44,154 nucleotides of DNA from an uncultured Desulfobacterales bacterium (lineage in GTDB: Bacteria > Desulfobacterota > Desulfobacteria > Desulfobacterales > JAFDCJ01): contig CAMYLH010000001.1 of NCBI GenBank assembly GCA_947259065.1, positions 1 to 44,154 of the forward strand, in the 5' to 3' direction. The notes beneath the pieces were generated by a model. The model ran no database searches and had not been told where the DNA came from. It worked only from the letters and a program-made list of their open reading frames with translations. The position numbers and the translations under genes are program-made. Shown piece by piece: positions 18,188 through 27,101 of this stretch. The stretch's first letter is position 1, and every line of letters begins with the position of its first letter.

Positions 18188-18730
18188 TTACAGTGCACAA
18201 GCTTGGAGTACTTCTTCTGTTGGTGGATGGTCCCCGGCTTTCTGACTGCGATAAACATAGTGTACGATATTACCGGGGCCAACCACCAACACCCCGCCCT
18301 GTTGCAAAGGTGGGCCTTGAATTCCCTTCTGCAAAAAACCGGTGCTCAGCGCACGGATTCCCGCTTTCAGTGGGTTTAATCCTATCACAGAGGTAAGACC
18401 TTTCTTAAAATCCAGGATTTTATAAGTTTCCAGAGAAGGATCGGTGAATAATGGACCCTTGTATCCGGTATCTTCCCTGAAAGGCGTGATAAAATGCTCC
18501 GGCCCGTTGCCAATCACCACCAATTGAGCATTTTTTTTCTTAAAGGCCTTCATGTTTTTATTTAGATCGGCAACCTGCCGACGGCTGATCATTCAACCGA
18601 AATGCCTGATAAATACCAGGACAACTCTTTTATCTTTCCACAATGCAGCTAGCATCTCCGGGTTTCCTTTTTCATCCAATACGATTTGCCGACCTAATTT
18701 TTGTAATGTTTGACCGTCCATATTCATCAT
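18188..18730 (-). CDS. Selenoprotein, peroxiredoxin-like AhpC/TSA (SelU/SelL/PRXL2-type)
   Basis: Reading through TGA 18595-18593 gives LWKDKRVVLVFIRHFG-U-MISRRQ...DP...QQGG; RBS AAGGAAGG; start may be 18730, 18727 or 18721. Confidence 0.9.
18567..18581 (-). promoter_or_regulatory. Bacterial SECIS element
   Basis: UCGGCA-GGU-UGCCGA stem-loop starting 11 nt after the UGA; resembles the E. coli fdhF apical hairpin. Confidence 0.85.
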
Positions 18731-18836
18731 CCTTCCTTGAAATTAATGCGCTAAGCGGACCATGGGATCGTTTCAGGAGCGCCGAGCGCCTCCTGATTTA
18801 TTGATTGAATTCAATGTTTCGTGTAACAGTAAATCC

Positions 18837-18865
18837 AAATTAACGCATTGCGTTATATTGTCAAG
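18837..18865 (-). promoter_or_regulatory. Sigma70 promoter/operator nearly identical to the phaR-like promoter
   Basis: CTTGACAATATAACGCAATGCGTTA is identical over 25 nt to 10460-10484; -10 TAATTT. Confidence 0.85.
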
Positions 18866-19095
18866 CCTTTTCCCTATTTTTTTCATGAGCCGAACACTGC
18901 AACATCGCCCTTTCGAGTTTCGCAATGAATGGGCAATTATCACCGCCCCAGCTGTCGGGCTTCAGGGGAAATACAGTTTAAAGGTTATTGACATTGAGCA
19001 ATTTACACGATAACCATCTTTTTTAAAAATCTTCTTTATTCCCGCTTTTTTTTAGGGTGAGACAGACCCATTTATTTCAGACAAGGAGGGACCTC

Positions 19096-20271
19096 ATGCT
19101 GCCGGAATTTTTTGAGTTCTATAACCCGACCAAGGTGGTATACGGCGCGGGGATTGCGTCGGATTTCCGGGCTGAACTTGATGCACTAGGGGTGGAAAAA
19201 TATTTTATCGTATCCGATAAGGTCATTCGTGATCAAGGCCTTGTAAAAAAGGTGGCGGATGGGCTCACATCAGCAGGCATCACGGTTACTGGTGAGTTCC
19301 TGGATGTGCCACCCAATTCAGCGATTAAGACGGTCAATTCATGCGCCGAGCAGGCGAAATCGTCCGGTGCTCAAGGCCTTATTGCCATCGGCGGGGGCAG
19401 CGCCATTGATACCGCTAAAGCTGCCAACATTTTAATTTCCGAAGGCGGTGATTTGGTAGAGGATTACTCAGGAATTCATACCCTTACCCGGCCGTTAAGC
19501 CCCCTGGTTGTCATACCTACGACCGCCGGAACGGGCAGCGAGGTAACAATGGTTTCAGTAATCTACGATGAGAAAAACAAGGAAAAATTGGCCTTTAGCG
19601 ATAAATTTCTCCTTCCCAGTCTGGCTGTACTCGATCCGGAGATGACGACCTCCATGCCGCCGGCCCTGACCGCATCTACAGCCATGGACGCCCTGACTCA
19701 TGCTATTGAGGCTTACGTCGGCACAGGCTGTTCGCCTGTTTCCGATATCTTTGCCGCCGGAGCGGTAGAACTCATTTTCAAGAACATCTTGCAGGCCACG
19801 GAAAATGGGGAGGACCTGGAGGCTCGCGGCAGTCTGCTGGTGGCGGCCAATCTTGCCGGTACTGCCTTTTCCCACTCCATGGTAGGTTGCGTGCATGGTA
19901 TGGCCCACGCAACCGGTGCGCTTTATCATGTACCCCATGGTATCGCCAACGCCATACTCTTGACTCACGGCATGGAATACAATTTTGATGAGATCAAAGA
20001 AAAACTTACCAAACTTGCACCTTTCATGGGTGTAGAGATCTCCGGTCTGTCAGTTGAAGATTCGGCCAAAAAGACCATCGAAGCGGTGAGAAGTCTCACT
20101 GAAAAGTTGAATGGGTTGGGTGCATTGCCCTTGAGGCTTCGGGATGTTGGCGTTCCGGAGGAGGGCCTGCCGGAGCTTGCCGAGTATGCGGTTAATGACG
20201 GTACCAGCTGGTTTAACCCGCGTGAGGTCGTCGCGGAAGAAATATTGCTGCATTTAAAAAACGCTTATTAA
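19096..20271 (+). CDS. Iron-containing alcohol dehydrogenase
   Basis: GGGS, PTTAGTGSE, DALTHAIE, HGMAH, PHG; start at ATG 19096 after AGGAGG. Confidence 0.95.
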   Translation: MLPEFFEFYNPTKVVYGAGIASDFRAELDALGVEKYFIVSDKVIRDQGLVKKVADGLTSAGITVTGEFLDVPPNSAIKTVNSCAEQAKSSGAQGLIAIGGGSAIDTAKAANILISEGGDLVEDYSGIHTLTRPLSPLVVIPTTAGTGSEVTMVSVIYDEKNKEKLAFSDKFLLPSLAVLDPEMTTSMPPALTASTAMDALTHAIEAYVGTGCSPVSDIFAAGAVELIFKNILQATENGEDLEARGSLLVAANLAGTAFSHSMVGCVHGMAHATGALYHVPHGIANAILLTHGMEYNFDEIKEKLTKLAPFMGVEISGLSVEDSAKKTIEAVRSLTEKLNGLGALPLRLRDVGVPEEGLPELAEYAVNDGTSWFNPREVVAEEILLHLKNAY

Positions 20272-20300
20272 TTCATTTGTCGTTATTAAGGAGGATATTG

Positions 20301-20714
20301 ATGGGACTATTTAATGATTCAGAGACGTTTGAAAAACTGCTCGGAGGTTTTTTCAAACTCATGGCTGATACGCCGGTGATAGCAGATAAGCTGCTCGCTT
20401 CAAATCTTATCGTCAGGTTCAGATACAGTGATCCGGATGTTGTGATAGTCGTAGACTGTTCAGGCGATAGAGTAGATGTAAGGCCTGGAGACAGGGAAAC
20501 AAAGGAAATCGTTGACATGTCCATGAGTGCCGACATCGCTCACAAGTTTTGGTTCGGCAAGGTGAACTTAATGGCAGCCCTGACACGCAAGCAGATGATA
20601 GCAAAAGGTCCCATCCCCAAAATATTGAAACTTCTTCCCGCAATTAAGCCTTCTTATGCCATGTATCCGAAGTATCTCGAGGAAAACGGCTACGCTGAAT
20701 ATAATATTTATTAG
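20301..20714 (+). CDS. SCP2 sterol/acyl-binding domain protein
   Basis: MSADIAHKFWFGKVNL..AL...KG matches the C-terminus of the 1884-3678 fusion; RBS AAGGAGG. Confidence 0.85.
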   Translation: MGLFNDSETFEKLLGGFFKLMADTPVIADKLLASNLIVRFRYSDPDVVIVVDCSGDRVDVRPGDRETKEIVDMSMSADIAHKFWFGKVNLMAALTRKQMIAKGPIPKILKLLPAIKPSYAMYPKYLEENGYAEYNIY

Positions 20715-20725
20715 GAGGGAACAAC

Positions 20726-22609
20726 ATGGGCGGATATGCAGGCAAAATACTTTACATCGATCTTACATCCGGCAATATCGAATCAAAACCCCTTGATTCA
20801 AAATTTGCTCGAGCGTACATCGGCGGTCTCGGCTTCAGTACCCGCATCTACCTGGACCTGATAAAGGATAAGCCCGAATTTGATGCCCTTTCCGCCGATA
20901 ATCCCTTCGTACTCATGACCGGTCCTTTGACCGGTATGAAAATGGACGCAGTGGCCAGGTGGACTCTCGGCACCAAATCACCGCTTACCGGTTTATGGGG
21001 AGACAGCAACATCGGTGGCTACTTCGGTGCCGAACTGAAATTTGCCGGTTATGATGGTATGGTGGTGACAGGAGAAACTGATAAGCCGACCTGTATCTAC
21101 ATCGATGATGATACGGTGCGGCTAAGGGATGCAAACAAATATTGGGGCATGGACGCATACACCGCCAACGATGAAATCATCGCTGATTACAAGGGTGAAT
21201 CAAGAAAGTCAGGCCAGGTTTTAACCATCGGTCCCGCCGGTGAAAATCTGGTAAGGTTCGCATCGCTGATCAACAAGAAGGGACATGCGGCCGGGCGCAC
21301 CGGCGTGGGGGCGGTATGGGGTGCCAAGAAACTCAAAGCCATCTTTGTCAGGGGGACCGGGAAGCTTGAAGCAGCCCACCCGGATAAACTCAAAAACCTC
21401 CGAGAAGAACTAAAAGAAGTGTATGACGGCAACATCACCATAGAGGCCTTGCGCGCATTTGGGACGGCTTCGCATATGGATGTCGGCATCATTTCCGGCG
21501 ACGTTCCCATGAAAAACTGGCAGAAGACCGAATGGGACCTATTTGATGAGATCGGTCCGGTGGTATACAGTGAAAAAATCCTGACCGGCAAAAAGACATG
21601 CCATGCCTGCGGCGTGGCATGTAAAAGAGAGGCAGAAGTAAAGGAAGGACCCTTTAAGTTTGAAAAGGGTCCGGGTCCCGAATACGAGACCATCGGCACG
21701 TTTGGGACCATGTGCTTGAACTCCAGCATAGAATCCATCGGCAAGGCAAACGAGATTTGCAACCGGTACGGCATGGATACCATTACCTGCGGAGCCACCA
21801 TCGCCTTTGCCATTGAGTGCTTTGACAATGAGCTGATAACCGAAAAGGACACCGATGGCCTGAAGCTCACCTGGGGCAACTCCGAGGCCATTGTTGCAAT
21901 GGCTGAAAAGATCGGAAAGCAAGAAGGATTTGGTGCGATTCTGTCCAAAGGCAGCGCCGCAGCTGCAAAACACATCGGTGGCAACGCATCGGACTTTCTG
22001 ACGACGGTTAAGGGTCTCGAAGCACCCATGCACGATCCCAGGTCCGCTCACGGCTATGGTTTGGCCTATGCCGTTTCCCCCAGAGGGGCGTGTCATAATG
22101 CCAGCCTCAACTATGCCCTCGAAGGCGGTATGATGTATCTGCCCGAATTCGATGATGAGCTAGGTGAAATTACAGGGATGAGCAGCGCGGGCAAAGCGAA
22201 AATTAACATCATCAGCCAGGACTTCGGGATGTTTTTTTCGAGCTGTGCAGTTTTCTGCAACCTGGGTGCATCGATCCTGAACGCGACTCAGGCTGTGGAT
22301 ATGGTAAATCATGTCACGGGATTTAACTACACCCTTGAGGAATTAATGAAACTCGGCAAAAAGATATGGTACATCAAACGAGGGTTGTCAAACCTGTTCG
22401 GAGACAGAGCAAAGGACGACAAGCTGCCCAAAAGACTTATGACACCAATGGAAACGGGTCCTACAGAGGGAAGTGTGCCGGATATGGACCTGATGTTGAA
22501 AGAGTTTTACGAGTTGCGCGGGTTAAATGATGACGGTGTTCCTAAAAAAGAGATCCTTGAGAGACTCGGCTTATCAGGCCTGGCGCAGCTTCTGCACCAT
22601 AGGCCATAG
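20726..22609 (+). CDS. aor: Aldehyde:ferredoxin oxidoreductase (W/Mo-pterin)
   Basis: KSPLTG, ELKFAGYD, IGPAGEN, AGRTG.GAV.G.K, CHACGVAC, EYET, GMDTI, HDPR, RGACH. Confidence 0.95.
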   Translation: MGGYAGKILYIDLTSGNIESKPLDSKFARAYIGGLGFSTRIYLDLIKDKPEFDALSADNPFVLMTGPLTGMKMDAVARWTLGTKSPLTGLWGDSNIGGYFGAELKFAGYDGMVVTGETDKPTCIYIDDDTVRLRDANKYWGMDAYTANDEIIADYKGESRKSGQVLTIGPAGENLVRFASLINKKGHAAGRTGVGAVWGAKKLKAIFVRGTGKLEAAHPDKLKNLREELKEVYDGNITIEALRAFGTASHMDVGIISGDVPMKNWQKTEWDLFDEIGPVVYSEKILTGKKTCHACGVACKREAEVKEGPFKFEKGPGPEYETIGTFGTMCLNSSIESIGKANEICNRYGMDTITCGATIAFAIECFDNELITEKDTDGLKLTWGNSEAIVAMAEKIGKQEGFGAILSKGSAAAAKHIGGNASDFLTTVKGLEAPMHDPRSAHGYGLAYAVSPRGACHNASLNYALEGGMMYLPEFDDELGEITGMSSAGKAKINIISQDFGMFFSSCAVFCNLGASILNATQAVDMVNHVTGFNYTLEELMKLGKKIWYIKRGLSNLFGDRAKDDKLPKRLMTPMETGPTEGSVPDMDLMLKEFYELRGLNDDGVPKKEILERLGLSGLAQLLHHRP

Positions 22610-22679
22610 AAAATTTGGGGATAGTTCTATCTTCGGCCATTTTGTTGGGTTATGCTGATAGCAGAAAAATGGCTGGCAA

Positions 22680-22739
22680 GTAGGTTGGGTTGAGGAACGA
22701 AACCCAACAAAAGATACCGGGATGCTCAACCCAACCTAC
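22680..22739. repeat. GTAG-type REP pair
   Basis: 15-bp perfect inverted repeat GTAGGTTGGGTTGAG / CTCAACCCAACCTAC with internal GTTGGGTT..AACCCAAC palindrome. Confidence 0.8.
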
Positions 22740-22853
22740 GAATAAGCCGTGGCCGATGTTAGAACCGAGCCCGGAAATTTCAACCCAGTTCGCGTAGCTA
22801 AAAACTGTCGCGTACACCAGGGGCGGCATTGGATGCCGGTCCCCATACCCGTG

Positions 22854-22915
22854 CCCAATACCTAATTTCCAGTATCCAATGACCAATATCCAGAGACCAG
22901 TAACCAGCAATCAGT
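22854..22915 (+). repeat. Degenerate heptamer tandem repeat (about 9 x NCCARTA)
   Basis: cccaata cctaatt tccagta tccaatg accaata tccagag accagta accagca atcagt. Confidence 0.7.
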
Positions 22916-23518
22916 CTACATTTCTAGTTTCCCTGTTCGCGCCGCCGTCCACAGTCAGTTGCCGGGAGGATCCACGTTGGCCACCGGATCTACCACCGCA
23001 TGGACAATCGCGGCTTTTCCCGAAGACTGCGCACGCTCAATCGCCGACTCTATCTCCGAACCTTTGCTGACATATTCCCCGTGGCAGCCCATGGCAACGA
23101 CCACTTTATCGTATCGGACCGGTGCATGCTTATGACCGAACCAGTCAGCTTGCCGGCCGAACATTCGCTGCTGAGCTGTTTTTTCCATCCCGTAAGCTCC
23201 GTCGACGGCTACAATGATAATCACCGGCAATTTGGTTCGCACCGCAGTTTCGAGTTCCTGGATATTAAAGCCAAATGCGCTGTCTCCGGTGACGCAGTAA
23301 ACCGGTTTATCCGGTTGGACCAGTTTGGCGCCGATGGCATACGGCAGACCGGTAATAAGAGGATTGTTCCCTTCCTTCGTTTTTGCTAAATCTGCAATGA
23401 CTACGTTTGCTCCGTTTTCAGCCATTTTTCTGGCAATCGCATAACCGATGCCACTATTTTTGCCGGCGCCCGTAACCAGGGCGGTTTCCCCTTTCAGATC
23501 TTGATACATATGGCTCAC
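22916..23518 (-). pseudogene. Chimera: SDR N-terminus joined to ThDP-dependent enzyme C-terminus
   Basis: ALVTGAGKNSGIG (SDR) followed by GLPYAIGAK..GDSAFGF..ELET (ThDP binding); premature TGA at 22957-22955. Confidence 0.85.
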
Positions 23519-23791
23519 CTAAACTATCTCAAAATTTCCGTCCAGCTGTGCGGGAAGATTAAACCTAAGTTGATATCCGGCGCATTATAAACGCCCCGAA
23601 TAGTTTTTTTTTGGACAGTAATGCTTGTCAACACTAATCTTACGCCTTTTCTAACTTGACTGCTGAGCCATATTTCTATAGCCTGTATGGCGGCTGCAAC
23701 TTGTTCTATCTTCTTGCATAAATTGGGCAGAAAACAGATAACAGTCTATAGCCTATGACCTTGCGTTACACTTGACATTCGGAGATTTACT

Positions 23792-24274
23792 ATGAAGCTG
23801 TCGACAAAAAGCAGATACGGCACGCGCATGATCCTGGATCTGGCCGAGCACTACGGGCAGGGTGCGATTCAACTGGGAGAAATAGCTAAACGCCAGAAAA
23901 TTTCATTAAAATATCTAGAGCAAATCATCAGGCCGTTGAAAAAAGCCGATTATGTGAGAAGTTTTCGGGGAGCGAAAGGCGGACATATGCTCAATAGGCC
24001 GCCTGATGAAATTTCGGTTGGTGAGATTGTGGCGCTGCTGGAAGGCGGCGACACGTTGATTCAATGTGATCGAAACCCCTCGACCTGCGAGCGCCAGGAT
24101 TTATGCTTGACGCGTTATCTTTGGATGGAAGCTGCCAAGGCCATGTATACAAGACTGGCCGAAATCACATTTGCTGATGTGCTATCCCTCCAAGAGACGG
24201 TGTGCAAAGAAAAATTTTTCGACTATCTGACTCCCGAAAAATGCAGCAATCCTGCCGTTTCACGGACAGAATGA
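23792..24274 (+). CDS. Rrf2 family transcriptional regulator
   Basis: STKSRYG, ISLKYLEQI, RGAKGG, three-Cys cluster C-x6-C-x5-C. Confidence 0.92.
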   Translation: MKLSTKSRYGTRMILDLAEHYGQGAIQLGEIAKRQKISLKYLEQIIRPLKKADYVRSFRGAKGGHMLNRPPDEISVGEIVALLEGGDTLIQCDRNPSTCERQDLCLTRYLWMEAAKAMYTRLAEITFADVLSLQETVCKEKFFDYLTPEKCSNPAVSRTE

Positions 24275-24335
24275 TAGTCTATGTGGCTACGGCGAATTCG
24301 GCTGGGTGACGTATATGGATTGAAACAACAACCAG

Positions 24336-24773
24336 CTAAAATTTCCTCCCGTTTTCAAGCATATACTTCAATTTTAACAAGTCCTTTTTTATCTGCTGAT
24401 TGATTTTTCGCTTTGCAGTCATTTTCAGCAGCTTGAAATACCGCATATCCAAGTCCCCGAAAGCAGTAAGTTTCGTTCCTCCTTCCACTGCTTTGAAAAA
24501 CATGCTGCATTCACCTGTAAAATCGCCAGTCCTAATTCGAATATGACATGATTTGCCGGGTGCATAATCAGTAATAATTCCTTCGGATTTGATGTGTTTC
24601 CCCCTAAACCGATTCACGCAACGATACGTAGCACCGGCTCCAAAATGATTTTCGGATGTCATTTCCAATTCCAGTGTGCCCGTCTGCCATTTGGCGTTGT
24701 GTTCAGGGTTAGTGGCAAATTCAAATACCTGTTCAACTGGTTGACTAATGATCACGCTGTTTTCAAATTTCAT
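24336..24773 (-). CDS. SRPBCC/START family protein
   Basis: I..PVEQVFEF..NPE...W start and C-terminal DL.KLK..LE helix. Confidence 0.8.
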   Translation of the reverse strand: MKFENSVIISQPVEQVFEFATNPEHNAKWQTGTLELEMTSENHFGAGATYRCVNRFRGKHIKSEGIITDYAPGKSCHIRIRTGDFTGECSMFFKAVEGGTKLTAFGDLDMRYFKLLKMTAKRKINQQIKKDLLKLKYMLENGRKF

Positions 24774-25151
24774 GATTCAGATAACCTTTTGAAATTTGGA
24801 ATAACATATTCTGCCCCGATAATGTGATAAAATAGAATTAGTAATTCCAAAGAAATTAAGTGGGATGATAATCATAATCAAGCCTGCTCGCAACGCAAAT
24901 ACGCACCAGAAGACAAGTAAAATTGATGGGTTACTCGTTTGAGGACAGCCGATAATTGCAATGGGAACTGCTTCTATAAGAATGATAAGCTCCGCTTTTT
25001 TATTTTCAAGAGAAACCAATGCCACTTCACCGCAAAAAGGAAACTATCAAATCCCCGCGAATCAATTATTTCAACGGCATCTCAAAACAGATTGTCTCAC
25101 CTAAGGTGAACGATTGCTATCAAGGACTCGCGGTAGCCGATTAAAAGCTTG

Positions 25152-25267
25152 ACTCCCTTCATAAGCCACCGGCTCCGCCGGTGAGAATTGAGAAGGTACT
25201 ACAGTCACCGGGTGATCACGGCTTATTGATCGAAAGCTGAACAATGCCAGCGGCTTATGAAGGGAGT
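25152..25267. repeat. 116-bp MITE/PATE-like element, same family as 50-160
   Basis: 16-bp perfect terminal inverted repeat ACTCCCTTCATAAGCC / GGCTTATGAAGGGAGT; internal CACCGGC-TCC-GCCGGTG hairpin. Confidence 0.75.
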
Positions 25268-25472
25268 TATTAAGCGACTTTACGCAGGCTCGGCGAAATG
25301 TCTCAGGCGATGCCTATCCTTGATGCCTGGCTCTGAAGCCATACGGCTTTTGCCGGGGTCAATTTAGGTCTGGAATCCTTATTATAATTTATTTGTACTG
25401 GAGTTTTACCGACACTTCTGATATTAATTTAGGTCAATTTATTTAAAATAGTACACAAATTGGGGTATCACA

Positions 25473-25979
25473 GTGATTGGGAAAAAAAAAAATTTTCTTA
25501 TAGTTTTAAATTGTTGGATTATCTGCCTCTTTTTGATCAGTCCGATGTCAATTGCAACCGCCCTAGAATTTCCAAGTCTTAAATCCCTGGGTTTACCCAG
25601 TTTTAAATATGGTCGGCTCAAGCGAGACCGGGATGTAAACCGCACATTTAAAACTTATAAAATCCTGCCGAATCACAAATATTATACCAGCGGCCATTCA
25701 AATATTCCATACGCAATCATCGGAGTTCAAAATCTTTATGAACTGCGACCGGGTATGTGGCACGAAATCAATCTCACCACACCTCTGCTGAGAAGCTGGG
25801 TTTCCCAAATGGATAATATCTATGGCTATCCCCCCTACGGTTCTGTCATCCTGGATAATAACGGCAAACGGTTAGGAGTCTGGTATTCGAGCAAACAGTG
25901 GACGACTGTCATAATTGAAGAAAACAATGAAATTGCTGTCCTGGCACCTGAAATACCGGGGTTTCGAGGAGGCAAATGA
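25473..25979 (+). CDS. Exported hypothetical protein
   Basis: Signal-peptide-like N-terminus; protein-like composition. Confidence 0.7.
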   Translation: MIGKKKNFLIVLNCWIICLFLISPMSIATALEFPSLKSLGLPSFKYGRLKRDRDVNRTFKTYKILPNHKYYTSGHSNIPYAIIGVQNLYELRPGMWHEINLTTPLLRSWVSQMDNIYGYPPYGSVILDNNGKRLGVWYSSKQWTTVIIEENNEIAVLAPEIPGFRGGK

Positions 25980-26087
25980 AGTCAACGCGAATGACTAACC
26001 TAATGTTGCAACATTGGGGTCTTATTCGGCCGAGCCGAAACCCTAAAAAAATTGTATGAAGCGCCAAAAGGCACTTTTTTCTATTTC

Positions 26088-27080
26088 ATGATTAAAAGCC
26101 GATCCGATATCGAGGCACGCTACCGCTCACTGCTTCAAAAAGCTGTGCGACGTGGTCATGCCGATATCGTTTTGACCACCAGCGCCTTACTTGAAAGTTT
26201 AAGCTCCAAGGAAAAAAATTGGTACAGAACTCGTACAGCTATCATTACCTTTGAAGAGTGCTGGCCGCTGGGCAGCGAACTCATTTTTAACAGGAAATTT
26301 CACAGCAAGGTCGCCGCTTTAATCAAAGTGACCCGGTCTGCGAAATCACGCGATGCCGCCGGTCTTGGCTATCTGGCAAGTGCCTTGATTGAAGGTGATA
26401 CATCAGTTCTAAACGGCACATCCGATGACAAGCATGTTAAGATTATAGCCGACGCCATCAAACGCCCGGGTGATTTCTGGCAATGGATTGCCACTCGTAA
26501 AAAGTCGGATGAACAAGCTGCCCTTGCGGCAAATGCAATGCGCTTTAAGCATGAAGGAATGCCCCGGGACAGAGCCGTTATCCAGGCGGCCGCCTATCTT
26601 GCAGTAGTCGAAAATATACCATCCCGACAGCCACAATCATCGCCGGATCAGGCTTTTCCATACTGGGTCGCATTTGACAAACATACTCCGGAAGGAAAAC
26701 TTGTGCTGCGGGATGTGGCCAGAGATCTGCACATTCCTCCGCCCCAGCTGGAATGGACCTGCTTTTATTTTGAAGGGGCTAAAACAAACGGTGAAATCCC
26801 CTCCAAATGGTGGGACCGTAACTGTCGTCGTCATTTCAAAAAAGTGGGACTTCCTATCGAAGAAGCCCATCTCCTCTGGGAACCTGCAAAACCACAGATG
26901 ATCGAGGCGTTGGCCGACTACAGTCGCAGTCTTCACAAAGAACTGTACCGCTGGAAACTTTCCAATCTCAAACAAGTTGAAGCCCTGAAACGCCAGGTAG
27001 AACTGTTTATCGAGCATTTTGAGGAGGTCCATCGGGATCAAATGGAATTATTCGACGAGGATCACCTTGACAATTCCTAA
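26088..27080 (+). CDS. Hypothetical protein resembling the RarA/MgsA C-terminal helical region
   Basis: SLLQKAVRRG, EE, DKHT..G motifs; no Walker A; ends in QMELF plus an acidic tail. Confidence 0.7.
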   Translation: MIKSRSDIEARYRSLLQKAVRRGHADIVLTTSALLESLSSKEKNWYRTRTAIITFEECWPLGSELIFNRKFHSKVAALIKVTRSAKSRDAAGLGYLASALIEGDTSVLNGTSDDKHVKIIADAIKRPGDFWQWIATRKKSDEQAALAANAMRFKHEGMPRDRAVIQAAAYLAVVENIPSRQPQSSPDQAFPYWVAFDKHTPEGKLVLRDVARDLHIPPPQLEWTCFYFEGAKTNGEIPSKWWDRNCRRHFKKVGLPIEEAHLLWEPAKPQMIEALADYSRSLHKELYRWKLSNLKQVEALKRQVELFIEHFEEVHRDQMELFDEDHLDNS

Positions 27081-27101
27081 CCGGAATGTCAAATTTGGTC
27101 T

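Noticed and set aside
22650-22910. 86-aa ORF
   Set aside because: Translation of the heptamer and REP repeats
22955-22957. In-frame TGA as selenocysteine
   Set aside because: No redox motif or SECIS; lies in a deleted chimera, so nonsense is more likely
24777-25025. 82-aa hydrophobic ORF (similarly 29972-30181)
   Set aside because: Weak starts and no recognisable family; cannot support
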